Shown here in pieces: positions 13,878 through 29,204 of a stretch of DNA of 64,000 nucleotides. The notes below the pieces were generated by a model. The model did not search any database. It saw only the letters and a program-made list of their open reading frames with translations, and had not been told where the DNA came from. Within the stretch, counting starts at the first letter, position 1; every line of letters starts with the position of its first letter. A program made the translations under genes and the position numbers. The DNA comes from Octopus vulgaris (taxonomy: Eukaryota), in contig OX597821.1 in assembly GCA_951406725.2 (NCBI GenBank), positions 74,710,001-74,774,000 on the forward strand, in the 5' to 3' direction.

Positions 13878-14787
13878 GCTACTACTACTGCTGCTGCTGC
13901 TGCTACTTTTATCAGTGTTGTACCAGGATTGTTATCGGATTAAACATTGTATATACTGCCTGGGAAAAAAATCTTTTTCTTCATTTGGTTCACAATTACA
14001 TTGCGTTGAATGTAATTCGCTTATAAGACAAACCTTTCGCTTTAGGTGACATAATACGTTACACTGTGAGCTACAACAAAAACTACTGTTTAATATACGC
14101 CATCTTGTATAAAGTAATCGATTGTAGAAATTCTATCTGGTCGGCTTTAAACACGCTGACATTTTGCTCTTGAGAGATAGGCTGATGTTTGGTGTCAAAT
14201 TTAATGACACTAAAGGGTCTGTTTAGTGTTTGGTGTTAAACTTAATGGCGAAGAGTTTCGTTCTTATTGCTAGCAGCAATTGCTAATTTTAGAGACCCGT
14301 TATTTTATTGGCTTGCACTCAAACAATATAAAGTTTGATCATGTGCAATTTCATAGCCATTGCTGATTAATTTATTTTTTACAGATTTTCGTGGAGACGT
14401 GTTGTTTGTTAGCTGTGACTGAAATTTATGTCTCGTCAGTTTATGGCAAGTTTGCCAAATGTTATAAGCTAATATACACACACACTTTATATTGCATATT
14501 GATAGTGAATGTCATCTAAGGTCATCTATACACTCCGACGTACAGAAGCATAAAGGGATATTTCAAAACCCATACATATATATACACACACACACATATA
14601 CACATACATGCGCGCGCTATCTCACGCATAAAATAAAACATATTTAAGGCAAAATGCTGAGATTGAAATATTCTATAAAGTTGAAACCTATTCTGCACAG
14701 AATTTTCTTTATCAGTGTCTCACACAAGAAGACACAGATTCATCTATGAACGAATTCTACATAAATACATACACACATACACACACA

Positions 14788-14827
<40 letters not shown>

Positions 14828-15033
14828 TATACATACACACATATATATATATATATACATATACGTACACACATATATACATACATACACGCACACATAT
14901 ATACATATACATACACTCACACACACACACACACACATATACATACATACACACACATATATACACACACGCACACTACACATACATACACACATACACA
15001 CACACATATACATACACACACACGCACACGCAC

Positions 15034-15070
<37 letters not shown>

Positions 15071-15847
15071 CGTATGTTTGTGTGTGTCTGCATGTCTGTG
15101 CATGTATGTGTCATTTTGCGATTTAAAACACGTTTTCCTTCAAAGGATTGTATCGGTTCTAAACCGAAACTGGAATAATGATGTGACATTTTAAATCTTA
15201 AGATATCAACGAATATATACATACATACATATATACATGCAAACAAACATACATACGTACGTACGTACGTACGTGCATACATACATACAGAAATAGATGT
15301 ATTCATACATACAGTAGCAAAATCTAGCAATCAGACATATGCATACACACTGGAATCGATTATACGAATAGGGGGCGTGGGTTTTAGAAGTGGGAAAGAA
15401 AAAGAACTTCGTGTCAATATATGATTTGAAAATAAAATAAATTGTGTTATTCAGAATATCTATTTCTTGTTAGAAAACAGGAAAAAGGGGGAAAATGTTA
15501 TGAAGGATTCCAGACAGTGATCAATCAGGGTGATCACCGAGTCAAAATGACCCAAAGCCGTACATCTATTCATTTCTCACTCATTTTATAGGTAGAACTA
15601 GCTAACCATCTGTTCGCTTGTTACTCTAACTCTTGATACGTGCACCTGTCTGGTCATTGATTAAATTATTTTGTAACTAAAACCATACAATTGATATTTC
15701 TTCGCTTTCTCGTTCACTGTATTTCTTTTAAACACACAGTAACACTGTATTTCACGCACACACAGTAACACATACATACACATACATGTATGTATACAAT
15801 AATTTTTATGCATGCATGTGTATGTATGTATATATGTATATAATCAT

Positions 15848-16085
15848 ATCTGTCAGACATGTGGAAGGGATTGTAATTCGGTAGGAGGACTTAAACGACA
15901 TGCAAAGGTACATGAAGCCCAGTTACAACTACAGCCGGCTATTACCGGTAAAGGTTTTAGCTGCCAATTCTGTACATGACATTGTAGATCTTTAGCTGGG
16001 CTAAAAAGTCACATTCGATCACAGCACCAATAACAGTTAAGCTTTGTGCAATGGCCATACTCGATAACGAGGGGGAAGCCATCAT
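15848..16085 (+). mobile_element. RTE-like LINE 3' end with two C2H2 zinc fingers (pseudogenised)
   Basis: ICQTCGRDCNSVGGLKRHAKVH...FSCQFCT*HCRSLAGLKSHIRSQHQ* (15848-16033), short 3' UTR, TA-rich flanks, no TGEKP linker. Confidence 0.6.
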
Positions 16086-16725
16086 ATACATATATGTATA
16101 TGAGGGGCGTTCGGTTATCTTTCTGGCTGGGGAAGCAGTGACCAAATTTTTCTGTCATAAAGATATTTGAATCAAATTGACATGTTCATAATATACAGCC
16201 ATTTTAAAAATAAAATAAAAATCAGATTTTATTTGAAAGGTATTCTGTAATTTGAACAAATATAAAATATTAGTTGAAAAACGCAGGAAACTACGCACTT
16301 GTTATCTTTTCACCGTTTTTCTGATGGAAGCAGAATGTCAACGTGGTTCCCTTTCCCTATGTAAGTGTTACATAACAACGTAAGATCATCTATATCGTAG
16401 GTACTGCGAATTGACAGAAACTTAATCAAAGCATATAAGTATTTATTAGCATCTAGAAATATTCATTATCAGCTCTTACTAGAAAACAATTGTCTTTGTG
16501 GCAGTTTTATCGGTAACGGATGCAACAGCTGATGTTGCTTCCCTTACACAGACGTTTTTTTGTGTCATCTGCCACTGCTTGTCTCATGATAATTCCGACA
16601 ATAAAAGTCATGAGGTTTATATTAAGTTTACAGAACCGTCTTATGAAAACATAATATAGTCTCAATTTTCGAGGGAAGCATCGCTTCCCTTGCTTCCATG
16701 GAACGCACGCCTATTATATATATAT

Positions 16726-17080
<355 letters not shown>

Positions 17081-17135
17081 CAGAATGAAATAAAAATCCA
17101 AGGATGTGAAAGATTTCTGAACATTTATAAATAGA

Positions 17136-17186
17136 AGATCTTGCAGCTAATTCCGGGATATTTTACATATCCCTTCATCGGAGACG
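17136..17186 (-). ncRNA. Degenerate hammerhead remnant in a TA-flanked element
   Basis: Minus strand TCT-CCGATGA-AGGGATAT(GTAAA)ATATCCC-GGAA-TTAGCTGCA-AGA. Stem II intact, core mutated. Confidence 0.4.
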
Positions 17187-17315
17187 GAGTGAGAAAATGG
17201 TCAAGCTATAGTTATTCTAGATAAGATATGAAATAGAGAGTGAAGTTGAGGAATGAAAATAGACGTGAGATATGCAGGGATATTGTATCTGCAGTTCCAT
17301 TATTTAGGCAGAATT

Positions 17316-17350
<35 letters not shown>

Positions 17351-17457
17351 CTGTACCTTGTGAGTAAGTTCCAATAGTATCTAAAAGTTGGTCATTCCAA
17401 GCACGGAATTTGTAAACGGTGTTATTGAGGGTTTTTTTTTTTAGGTGACTTAAAAGT

Positions 17458-17529
<72 letters not shown>

Positions 17530-17535
17530 CATACA

Positions 17536-18386
17536 CAAGGTGGTATGAAAAGTATCCCGGACTACTTATGGTGAATAAAAAATAACTTATTTAGCAAAGT
17601 TTTAACATCATCACCATCTAAATAGTCACCTTGTGCAGTAATAGACCAGCGATCCAGCTACTTTTGGAATTCAGCCTGGAAGCCGTTTTCCGCAAGCGAG
17701 TCGAGGACCTTCTGTGATTCGCTCTTCATCTCAACAACGGTGTTAAAACGACGGGAAGTATTTTCGCCTTGGGGAAGAGATGGAATTCCGCGGGTACTAA
17801 ATCTGGCGAATAAGGCTGGTAGGGTTGCGATACCATGTTTGTTTTCAACGAGAAACTTACGAGTGAGGAAAGCTCGGTGACAGGCTACATTTTTGAGGTG
17901 AAGAAGGCTTCAAATCGTCTCTCAAACCCATCAAAACGTCGCAGTAGAAACCTCGATTGACGATCTGGCCCTGCGTAACAAATTCTAGATGCACAATAAC
18001 ACACTTCTGTGATGCTCGTGGCAGGTTGTTCCAGATCGGCCATCATCTTCCAGAGACTTTCTTCCGCTTTTTAAGCGCCCGTACGACCTATTGCCTCGTC
18101 GCCGTAAGCTTGCCGAAAAATACTCAATGTCTCTGTAGCAGACATCCCAGTTTTAGCACAAAATTTCACGCTGCCTCTTTGTTCCTGTCTATGACAAAAT
18201 CGCTGACTACAGTATACACGTGATTACAAAAACACAAATTTCACAACTTGCAAAGCAATCAAAGCAATGTCACTCAGCACGCTTCCTCATGAAGGTTACT
18301 GCTAGCTCTCACTACGCACACAACCGTGAGCTATCAACTGTTGGCAAGCTACAGAACTTGTCCGGGATCTTATTGGTAGCACCTAG
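17536..18386 (-). mobile_element. Internally deleted mariner (Tc1/mariner) transposon
   Basis: Minus-strand peptides EQRGSVKFCAKTGMSATETLSIFRQAYGDEA, SLEDDGRSG, VHLEFVTQGQIVNRGFYCDVL, PYSPDLVPAEFHLFPK, AQGDYL. Degenerate TIRs CAAGGTGGTATGAAAAGTATCCCGGAC / CTAGGTGCTACCAATAAGATCCCGGAC. TA-rich flanks. Confidence 0.85.
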
Positions 18387-18390
18387 TATA

Positions 18391-18440
<50 letters not shown>

Positions 18441-18792
18441 GATATGTAGAAAAATACAAACTGTGACAAGAACGCATAACACTTAGAAGACGATACAACA
18501 AACACAGACAGGACATTCGAAGCCCTCAGTCTTCAGTCAAGAACCGGATCATCGTAGTAATTTCGGCTGATTAATCTTGAGATTACTAGATCCGGCCAGC
18601 CCTCCAGGAAAAACTAAGCAACGAGCATTAGAAAAACTAAGCTAGGAGCGTCGATTTCCTGGAAGTAGTATCGAATGCATACGAACACAGGGACAGCAAA
18701 ACGGACGGTGCCACACGAATATAAAAAACAAAAAACAATAATGAAATACAAAAACATATATATATATATGTAGCGACGTACGTACACTTTGG

Positions 18793-18856
<64 letters not shown>

Positions 18857-19308
18857 CATACGCACATATGTATATATATTTATACACACACACATACATA
18901 TATATGCCTAATGTTTAGTGAAATAAAAGCGGTTAGTGTGTGGCAATCCCGATCGTAAGATTCTGGTTTCGGTTATTGCACCGGGCGATGGGTTTTGCTT
19001 TTGAGCAAAACACCTCAATTCACGTTGTCCCAGTTTATTCAGCTGCAAAAATGAGTACTCTTACGACAGACTGGTGTTCTTTCTAGGGGCGGGGGTCATA
19101 TACGTCACATAACGTACATATATGTGTGTGAGTGTGCGTGTGTGTGTGTGTGTGTGTGCGTGTGTATGTGCGAATATATTTATATATTTATATTTATTTA
19201 TATCGCTCTGCACGAACGCGTGAACGCGCACAGACATGCATAGATACATAGGCACACAGTGACTATACACAGTACACTCCTATACTCATATATTCCTGTA
19301 GAATTGTT

Positions 19309-19348
<40 letters not shown>

Positions 19349-19524
19349 TATCTAATATATATATATATATGTATATATACATGTATGTATATATGTATAT
19401 ATATAAATATCTAATATATATATTTATATATATATATGTATTTATATATATATATATATATATATCTAATATATATCTAATATACATGTATGTATATATG
19501 TATATATATATATATATGTATGTA

Positions 19525-19605
<81 letters not shown>

Positions 19606-20112
19606 GATTAGAAGTAAACATAGACTTCTGAGAGAAAGGAGAAAGAAAATACAATTAGACACATGTATAACGGCAGTCAAACAATTGCATAGATAGCTAA
19701 GATTAATAGTATGATAATCTTTATATCAATTAAAGGATCGAAGCTGAAAGATCGATATGCTTAGTTTGCGAGAGCTAAAAAAAATATCAGTGAAAATAAG
19801 CATAGCGCAAACAAATAAATAAATATTTTCACTCTTAATTTTTTTCCCCCTCAGGAAGAAAACAAAACAAATTCAATACGCAAGGCCAGAACGTGCTTCT
19901 AATCTTAACGAATCCAATTGCTAACACTGCCGTTAGTTCTTTGAAATGGAAACGGTCTATGAGAGAAGAGAAAGGATTGTTTGTTACTAAATAAATCTTT
20001 CTGGATGTTTTTCTTTCACTGCTGCTAACATACGTACATACGTTACATGCATACATATATAATACATATATACATACAGACATACATATATATATATATA
20101 CATATATGCATA

Positions 20113-20162
<50 letters not shown>

Positions 20163-20194
20163 CACACACACATATATATAATACATATATATAT

Positions 20195-20250
<56 letters not shown>

Positions 20251-20917
20251 TATATTTGTTATTCTCTCACTGTTTTTTGCACGTGTCTTGTCTCATCTGG
20301 TCTTCCTTCAACGTTAGCTCTGAGTAACTACCAGTTCAGGAAGCATGTCAATCAGGAATTCTAGCTTTTTAAAGTAACAAAAAGTAAACAGGGAAGAAAA
20401 TAAATAAAAACAAAACACAAAGTACAAAAAAAAAAAGAGAAGAAAATACGAAAAACGAAAACCGCCCCACAAAACCTCGTCTACAGTTACTAGTCCTCGA
20501 TAGAGATATCTCTCTGTTGGATCTTCCACACTTAATCGATTCATTCCGATGTTGTTATTCTTTCTCTACCGCTGTTCATCACCCAATTACAGGTATCTTT
20601 AGATATGTCTTGTAGGATTTGCCATCTTGGAGATGATGTTGGAAATCAAGCATATATATCTAACAATATTTGGGATTTCATATTTTTTTCTTTTTTGCTT
20701 CCTCTTATCTTTATATCCATTCCAAATCTCTCTCCCTCCGACACATTTTCTCTCCCTCTCTGTGTATATATACATACATAAACACACACACACACACACA
20801 CACATATATATGTAAATGTATACACATATCTATACACATATACACATCTATCTATCTATCTATCTATCTGTCTATCTCTCTATATATATACTTACACACA
20901 CACAGATGCACGCGCAC

Positions 20918-20968
<51 letters not shown>

Positions 20969-21134
20969 CCTGCGTGTATCCATGTACGTTGTTACGGCAA
21001 TATGGCAACTTGAAAAATAGTGATCGATAAATCAAGTACCATACTTTATCAATACATAATGGAATAAAATACTAGAAGTCTGTTGTACGGTATAGCATCC
21101 GTCCAACTGATAAAACCAGTAGAATTTATGTGTC

Positions 21135-21170
<36 letters not shown>

Positions 21171-21172
<2 letters not shown>

Positions 21173-21460
21173 AGCGTCGCCTTACTGGCACCTGTGCCGG
21201 TGGCATGTGTAAAAAGATTCGAGCGAGGTCGTTGCCAGTCCCGCCTGACTGGACCCCGTGCCGGTGTCACGTAAAAAGCACCCACTACACTCTCGGAGTG
21301 GTTGGTGTTTGGAAGGGCGTCCAGCTGTAGAAACTCTGCCAGATCAAGACTGGAGCCTGGTGCAGCCATCTGGTTCGCTAGCCCTCTGTCAAAATCGTCC
21401 AACCCATGCTATCATGGAAAACGGACGTTAAACGATGATGATGATGATGATGATGATGAT
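21171..21460 (+). mobile_element. SINE family D 3' portion with (GAT)n tail
   Basis: GGAAGGGCGTCCAGCTGTAGAAAC...GGACGTTAAACGATGATGATG; internal repeat of ACTGG..CC.GTGCCGGTG.CA.GT. Confidence 0.65.
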
Positions 21461-21719
21461 ATATATTCATTGATTAGAGGCGCGAAGCAGTGTTGTGTAC
21501 AAATATAAAACTTATCACCAGTTCCAATATATAGGAAAGATATTTGAATTCGTAAGAAGACCATTCTCTGCATTTTGCCATGGACAAAAGTTCTCGTGCA
21601 GACTACAAGGTGTAAGCACACCAAACCTCAAGCATATTTAACTGATATCAAGTTCATACTTGTATATATTACTGCTTAGCTTCTCTCATCCGTGTTTTTC
21701 TTCAGTCGAGCAGACGTTA

Positions 21720-22672
21720 AGTGCAACCAGTAATAGTACTTTGACTGAAATATAATGCAAGGCCTGCTCTCTCGTTGTCAGTTCGGAGCGCCGCCGTTTC
21801 CAGTTTTTGATATTGTCCATTGCATTCTGCACCTGCCTTTTGATCTACTACGCTCTAATCTTCCTTTCATGTTTGCCAAAGCTCTGCTGCTTTGAAAATG
21901 TTTTTCTCACAAAATTCAGACGTCGTCGTCTTTCACCTGCTTCTTGTAACACGCATTCATTTGACTGATGATCCTTGTAAGGGATTCACAACATTCTCCT
22001 ATACACCCGCATTCCGAGCGCATTAACTTTATTCCCTTCAAATTTATTCAGAGTTCCTGTTTCTCAACCATAAATGGATCTTCGTCAAAATTCGCTACTT
22101 GTTAAGCTTATCCTTGGATGTTCTTGCCATGGATAACCATATCCTAATTTCTTTCTTACATGTGACCCTCTCTCAGTCCTGTTTAATGTTATCATTTATT
22201 TTCTCCTTTCCTTTTCTAATATGACTTTCGTTTTCTTATGGTTGAGATAAAGACCATGCTGTTTTTGATGCATTCTCGACTCTATCGTTTCTTGTAGTCC
22301 ATCTTCAGTCTTAGCAAGTGGAACAGTATCATCTGCATATCTTAGATAAGAAACATGCACGTTATGGATTTTGACGCCATGTTCTTCCTGTATTACTTCT
22401 CACATTATCTACTCAGTACAGATGGTGAACAAGCATGAAGAAGGAATACAACCCGGACAAACTCCTTTCTCACACTTAAACTTATTTGTGTCCTCATTAT
22501 TTACTGGAATGCAAGACTCTTGCTGCATGTAGAACTTCTTGTTGAGCCCAATGAGGAGTTTCGGAACGCTAAGATTACATATGGTGCGTCATATTTGGCT
22601 ATAGTCTGCGGTTAAAAGCCTTTCTGGAGTCAATGCAGCACTGAAAAATTGTAAGGCTGTGTACTTTGGTGT
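21720..22672 (-). pseudogene. RTE-clade reverse transcriptase, decayed 3' segment
   Basis: Minus strand CIDSRKAF...KGVCPGCIPSSCLFTICTE...SYLRYADDTVPLAKTEDGLQ...GLYLNHKKTKVI, with stops and frameshifts. Confidence 0.8.
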
Positions 22673-22679
22673 TTTAGGG

Positions 22680-23057
22680 CATGACAAAGACTCTGAACAC
22701 CTAAGAGGCATGGAAGAAAGAACTCGGTTCTGGAAAAGATAAAACTGGAAAGCTTCAGGTCTCGATTCTGTGCCGATTGAACTTATCTAAGCTGCAAGAG
22801 AGTGTGACATATCAATACTCCAAAAATTCTGCTGTAAGTTTGCGTCAGGTTAGTGCATTGCAGAATACTTCCACCTAAACAAAGAGGGAGACTTGCTCAT
22901 GTGTGAGAATTATCGGATTATCGCTTTGATGCCACATACAAGTAAAGTACATTTGATCATCAAGCTACAAACTTTTGAAACCATTTTTCGAAGAAATAGC
23001 TAAAGATCAGACTCGCTTTAGAAGCGAAAGTTGCACATGACATCATATGTAGAATCC
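22680..23057 (+). pseudogene. RTE-clade RT N-terminal segment, inverted relative to 21720-22672
   Basis: Plus strand KASGLDSVPIELI...KEGDLLMCENYRIIALMPHTSKV...EEIAKDQTRFRS (RT domains 0-2). Confidence 0.75.
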
Positions 23058-23122
23058 CCACACAATTCTAGAAATGGAAACAAAGAAAAAGAACAAGAGC
23101 ACATTTAGCCATATACAAGCTA

Positions 23123-23540
23123 ATCCATCCAACCACCCACCCATCCATCCATCCATCCATCCATCCATCCATCCATCCATCCATCCATCCATCCATCCAT
23201 CCATCCATCCATCCACCCATCCACCGACCCATCAATCCATCCACCGACCCATCCATCCATCCAACCATCCATCCATCCAACCAGCCATCCATCCATCCAC
23301 CCACCCATCCATCCACCCACCCATCCATCCATCCATCCATCCATCCAATCATCCATCCATCCAACCATCCATCCATCCATCCATCCATCCATCCATCCAT
23401 CCATCCATCCATCCATCCATCCACCCATCCATCCATCCATCCATCCATCCATCCATCCAACTATCCATCCATCCATCCACCCATCCACACACCCATCCAT
23501 CCATCCATCCATCCACCGACCCATCCATCCATCCATCCAT
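23123..23540. repeat. (CCAT)n microsatellite
   Basis: Direct tetranucleotide array. Confidence 0.95.
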
Positions 23541-23869
23541 GATTCCCTCAAGCTACCCGCCTATGCGTATATATATGTATATGCACGCGTGTATACACAC
23601 AATGACGCATACACACGCAGCGGCACACGCACACACACAGACACAGACACAGACGCGCACGCACGCACACATTGTTGATTGAAAATCTAAATTGCACAAG
23701 GAATCAGAATTTAAGATTCAAAGTGTATGACCGTATATGTGGAAGGGGGGAAGTAAGGGGAGGGGGCTTCTAATTACTGTCGAGATATGTTTTCGCTGGA
23801 ATCCACCGTTGAGAAACTTTCAGCGTGCATCGAAGAGAAAACAATACAGATAAGGTTGTTTGTGCTAAA

Positions 23870-23972
<103 letters not shown>

Positions 23973-24164
23973 GACACACACAAATATATAAAGGATCACA
24001 GAGACCCCAATGATGCTGGAGTTGCTCTGCATCAGCAAAACTTATATTCTGCAGTAAAATCGACAATACAAGACACAGTGAACTTGTCGTTTTCCACACA
24101 GATCTTTAAAAATGATGCAGCTAAATTTTTTAAACTGCTGTTCATTATTTTCTCTCCATTCAGT

Positions 24165-24203
24165 CTACACCTGAAGAAAGAATAATGTCCGAAACGTTGG
24201 ATT
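24165..24203 (+). ncRNA. Degenerate hammerhead remnant
   Basis: CTACAC-CTGAAGA-AAGAATAATGTCC-GAAACGTT; weak stems. Confidence 0.3.
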
Positions 24204-24288
24204 TTCCTTTCCTGACTGCTGTACTATTTTTATGGATTTTACTACATCATACACACACACAAACACACACATATATAATACACACACA

Positions 24289-24324
<36 letters not shown>

Positions 24325-24674
24325 GCACCACAGGATAGGGACTTTTAGATGCAGCATCTAAAACTTGTTTCGGATATGTCCATAGTAGTGTGTCTTGAGA
24401 GCACGTTCACTACTTACGGCTAACAGGCATCGTCCGCAGTGCAGCACTTTCGTCGCAGGATCTACGTAAGAAATTCCTAGGTGCACGTTTAGTACAGTGT
24501 AAATGATTGATAGGAAAGACAGAGTGGACTGTAAGCTTTATTTAGCACGATGATCGTTTTGGATTAAATCTGCACTGCTTCCTACTGGGTGGAGAACGAT
24601 ATAAAGGAATCGAATGCATCCCATAGCGCGGAAGAAACCTCATCATTTCACATAATACGTTACAGTGTTTTATA

Positions 24675-24705
<31 letters not shown>

Positions 24706-24796
24706 ATATATATATGTATATATATATGTATATATATATGTACATATATATATATATACATATACATATACATATATATGTATATATATGTATATA

Positions 24797-24853
<57 letters not shown>

Positions 24854-24866
24854 GTATATATATATG

Positions 24867-24897
<31 letters not shown>

Positions 24898-24932
24898 GTA
24901 TGTATATATATATATGTATATATATATATGCC

Positions 24933-25016
<84 letters not shown>

Positions 25017-25310
25017 GGCTTAACAAGTATTTTAGTCATAATGGAAATTCGGAGTCGACATCAGTACATCGGTGGGGTAGATACCACTAATGTGAGATAA
25101 AGCATGAAACACTTCAAATATTTTAGTCAGACGATCAGCCGTGTCTTCAATATTAAGGTGTTCCAAAACATATCAATTATCAGTGAATGGTACTTCGCAT
25201 CGCTACATATTTACCGATCAAGAATATATAACAATTCCACCGATTTCTGTCTGTGACTGTCATTTTGTATGAGTGAATACATGTATGTAATAAATACATA
25301 TAATATACAT

Positions 25311-25344
<34 letters not shown>

Positions 25345-25745
25345 GCATATGTATATATATGTATACGCACACTCAGATTTTTGCGCAAATATATTATCCT
25401 TATCTATACCTACATAAAAACCAACAAAACAGAATCTACAATGATTTGCATACGGTGACCTCCTATATCATATCATTTTCAGACGAAACTCAATTATCTA
25501 ATTCAATTTTATAAATCTGTTTACTTAAATTACTGTACTTCCTTTTCATTTCTTTCGAATGCATAGATTTGGAAACATTCTACACGTCCTGCAGCACTAC
25601 AGGCACACGCAACAGAGAAATATAATTTCATCGTATCGGAGCTCTCGGCCTAAATATATCTATTTAGCATATAAGCATATTCGCAGAATATGCATTATAC
25701 ATATGCACCTTATTATTTCGTTTTACATCTTATTACAGTTTCGTG

Positions 25746-25793
<48 letters not shown>

Positions 25794-25794
25794 C

Positions 25795-25860
<66 letters not shown>

Positions 25861-26595
25861 TATAAATATGTTGTATGCTTGTCTACGTATGCTTATAAGG
25901 TTATATACATGCATATATATGCACACACATATGCATATATGTATGTATATACATATGCTTATATGTATGTATATATATATGCTTATGTGTGTGTGTGTGT
26001 GTCTTTATATATATATATATATATATACATATACATTCACTCATATATATACACGTATCTATGTGTGTGTGTAATATTTAAATTCAAATTTAATTATGTG
26101 TGTGTGTGTGTGTTCTATGTCTTTAAACAAACAACTTGTCGCAATAAAAAGGTTTAGACTTACGAACACTTAGACTCACGTGCATTTGGTCTCAGAACTT
26201 TGGAAGCCAATTTTGTCTGTCCAAGTTTCAAAACAAGACTCGTGTTTATTATTATGCTGACCTCTTACAAAAAATTACGCCATTCATATCGACCAAGTAA
26301 TCGAAAAGAGCACGCAAATACTCACATATACATGAAAGTAGACACCACGATATATGTACACAAACCCACGCGTGCACGCACACAAACATACCTACCTACA
26401 GCTCTTAGGCATGAAAGATCATTTATGATACGATGATAAGTGACCAAGGAGTTGCCGGTCTCATTGTTTCCGTCTTAAATAATGTGGAAATGGCATTCTC
26501 AATCATGATGCTTTCTGGAATTCTTTTATTGACGTTGACTGATTCTTATAGAGAACATTCATAACTTGGTAAAAAATAATATTTTATGTATATAT

Positions 26596-26955
26596 GGTGT
26601 AGGAGTGGCTGTGTGGTAAGTAGCTTGCTTACCAACCACATGGTTCCTGGTTCACTCCCATTACGTGGCACCTTGGGCAAGTGTCTTCTACTATAGCCTC
26701 GGGCCACCAAGGACATACGAATGGATTTGGTAGACGGAAACTGAAAGAAGCTCTTCGGATATATATGTGTGTGTGTGTGTGTTTGTGTGTCTGTGTTTGT
26801 CTCCCCATCATCGCTTGACAACCGACGCTTGTGTGTTTACGTCTCCGTAACTTAGCGGTTCGGCAAAAGAGACTGATAGAATAAGTACTAGGCTTACAAA
26901 GAATAAGTCCTGATGCTCCAGCATGCCCGCATTCAAATGACTGAAACAAAGAAAA
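26596..26955 (+). mobile_element. SINE family A
   Basis: AGGAGTGGCTGTGTGGTAAGTAGCTTGCTTACCAACCAC head with family body and tail. Confidence 0.85.
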
Positions 26956-27026
26956 TATGTATTGTTCCTATATATATATATATACACACATATGTATGCA
27001 TGTGCATGTATGTATGTATGTATCTA

Positions 27027-27063
<37 letters not shown>

Positions 27064-28474
27064 GTTTGTGTGTGAGTGGGTGTGTATGTGTATGTTTGCC
27101 TGTGGGTATGTATGCGTCTACATTATACTCATACACACACATGTATATATGAGTATAATGTACACGCATACACATGCACACGCGCACAGGCGCATATGCA
27201 TCGATTAATGGGTATTTTATGCGATCCAGAAAGTCAACTCAATAGCAGTCCTACGTGTATTTCGTTTACAGTGTACTCTGGAAAAATACCACCGTAATGG
27301 TCTAGTTATATGGTTATACGCTTACTTTATAATGTAATACAGTCCTGAGCAAATAAGTCATTCTTCTCGGGGAAGGTCCGTAACATAATTTAAACATTAT
27401 ATCTATTCATAATCATTCGCTGTTGATCGTCGAAATTAAATCCTCCATTTTATGTCATTCTCCCGACGACATAATAACCTCTTTGCTTGCCAAGCACCAT
27501 TGCTTCGCGTTCCTGTTTTTAGGAAAGTTTTTTTTTTAAAAAGACTCCATCTTGTCTAGCAAGTTCACCACACTTACCTGGGTACTCAGAATGTAAAAAA
27601 AAAATCAAGCCAAAAAGATCCAGTTATCTGCAAATAATCTTCTTTATTGCTTTAAGATTTCTTCTGTAAACCGGGTGGAGTAATGACAATTGTGACCACG
27701 GCAGGACTTGAACTTGTCATGTAAGGCACCAGAACAAAGTAAATATTATGAAGTAAATACACAGGATTGAAGGGAGGAGCTCTCTGTATCCCAAGAAATT
27801 AATATTTTTTATTCTTTTAAATATTGATATCTAACATGATCACAAAGTTAAACTTTATTAATGTAAAGCATACTAAAATATTTATTAAATGTGAGTATTT
27901 ATTCAATAAAAAATATATAGTTGTTAGTTTTTTTTTACATTCAAGATTAGTGGGATAACAACTCTTGATCTGTTTTCGCTTTATTTTGAGCTCATCAGCA
28001 CAGCTACCTTTGTATTTGCCGAAGTATCAGATAATTCAGCGACGTCTTCTGCATGGAAAACAACAGATAAATAAATGTTAGCATATTTACGACAGAAAAT
28101 ATTTAGAAACAAATTAGTAATATAAATGTAATAAAGCAGTAGAATTTTCATTTTTCTATAGATTTGGTGGAAGGATATACTTGCTTGAATTGACCCTAGA
28201 AAATTATTGCAACTAATTTCGAAGGGATTCAAGGCGAAGCTATAAAAATTGAAGGTGAATACGGTAAAAATCTGTAAAACTCAGAGAATAAAATAACGTA
28301 ATTAAACATAATATTCAGGCGGAAACTCGTCTATAGTTTCTCTGAAATCAGTATCATTGGACTTATCAAAATAGTCCAGGTTCTATCCCACTAAGTGGCA
28401 CCTTAGGCAAGTGCCTTCTCCTTATAGCCTCGGTCCAACCAAAGAAACAAAACTGAAAGAATCCGTCGTGTATG

Positions 28475-28526
<52 letters not shown>

Positions 28527-29204
28527 GGTGTGTGTGCGTATATACAAACATACATGTATATGCCTACATATATTGTATATACATGCATATATGGGTACAA
28601 GCCGTCAAAAAACGTGAACAAATAGGGAAACGCGAAAGGCAAAAGCACGTCTTGTCTTTAGGGAGGGAGTGGAAGAAAGAAAGATAGATAGCCGTTGGTC
28701 ACGTGTGAGCAACGAGAGAGTCAAGAAGGGAGACTGAGAGAGACAGAAAGGGGGGAACGGTGACGGGGAGAGGAGAAGAATTAGAGAAAGAGTTGGAGAG
28801 GAAAACAGAAAGAAAGAAGATCAAGAGAGGGAGATAAAATAGAGATAGTTTGTAGAGTGCGCATATATATATATGTTATGTCACATAAATGTTATGTTTT
28901 GTCATGTTTTGTATTAAATAATAATAATCTACATGTGGCCCAATTGATTTGTTCATCAAATGTTTTCTTAATTTTCTGATTATTTCAATTTGATTCCTGA
29001 TAAACTTTTGTTGTTACCTGTACCCTACAAGCATAGTGTGCCTGCATACCCATGCCCAGGGATAGCACAGGTAACTGATACTGATAGTAAATACGGATAT
29101 TTTATCCTTTAGTCGGTTACTATAACCACTAACTCTGCTTATATAATACACACACGCACACACACACATATATATATAGAGAGAAAGATACATATACATA
29201 TAGA

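Noticed and set aside
16101-16713. Possible hAT-like MITE (AGGGGCGTTC... / GAACGCACGCCT)
   Set aside because: Terminal similarity is too short and no TSD is identifiable.
23068-23682. WMDG/IHPS repeat proteins
   Set aside because: Translation of the (CCAT)n microsatellite.
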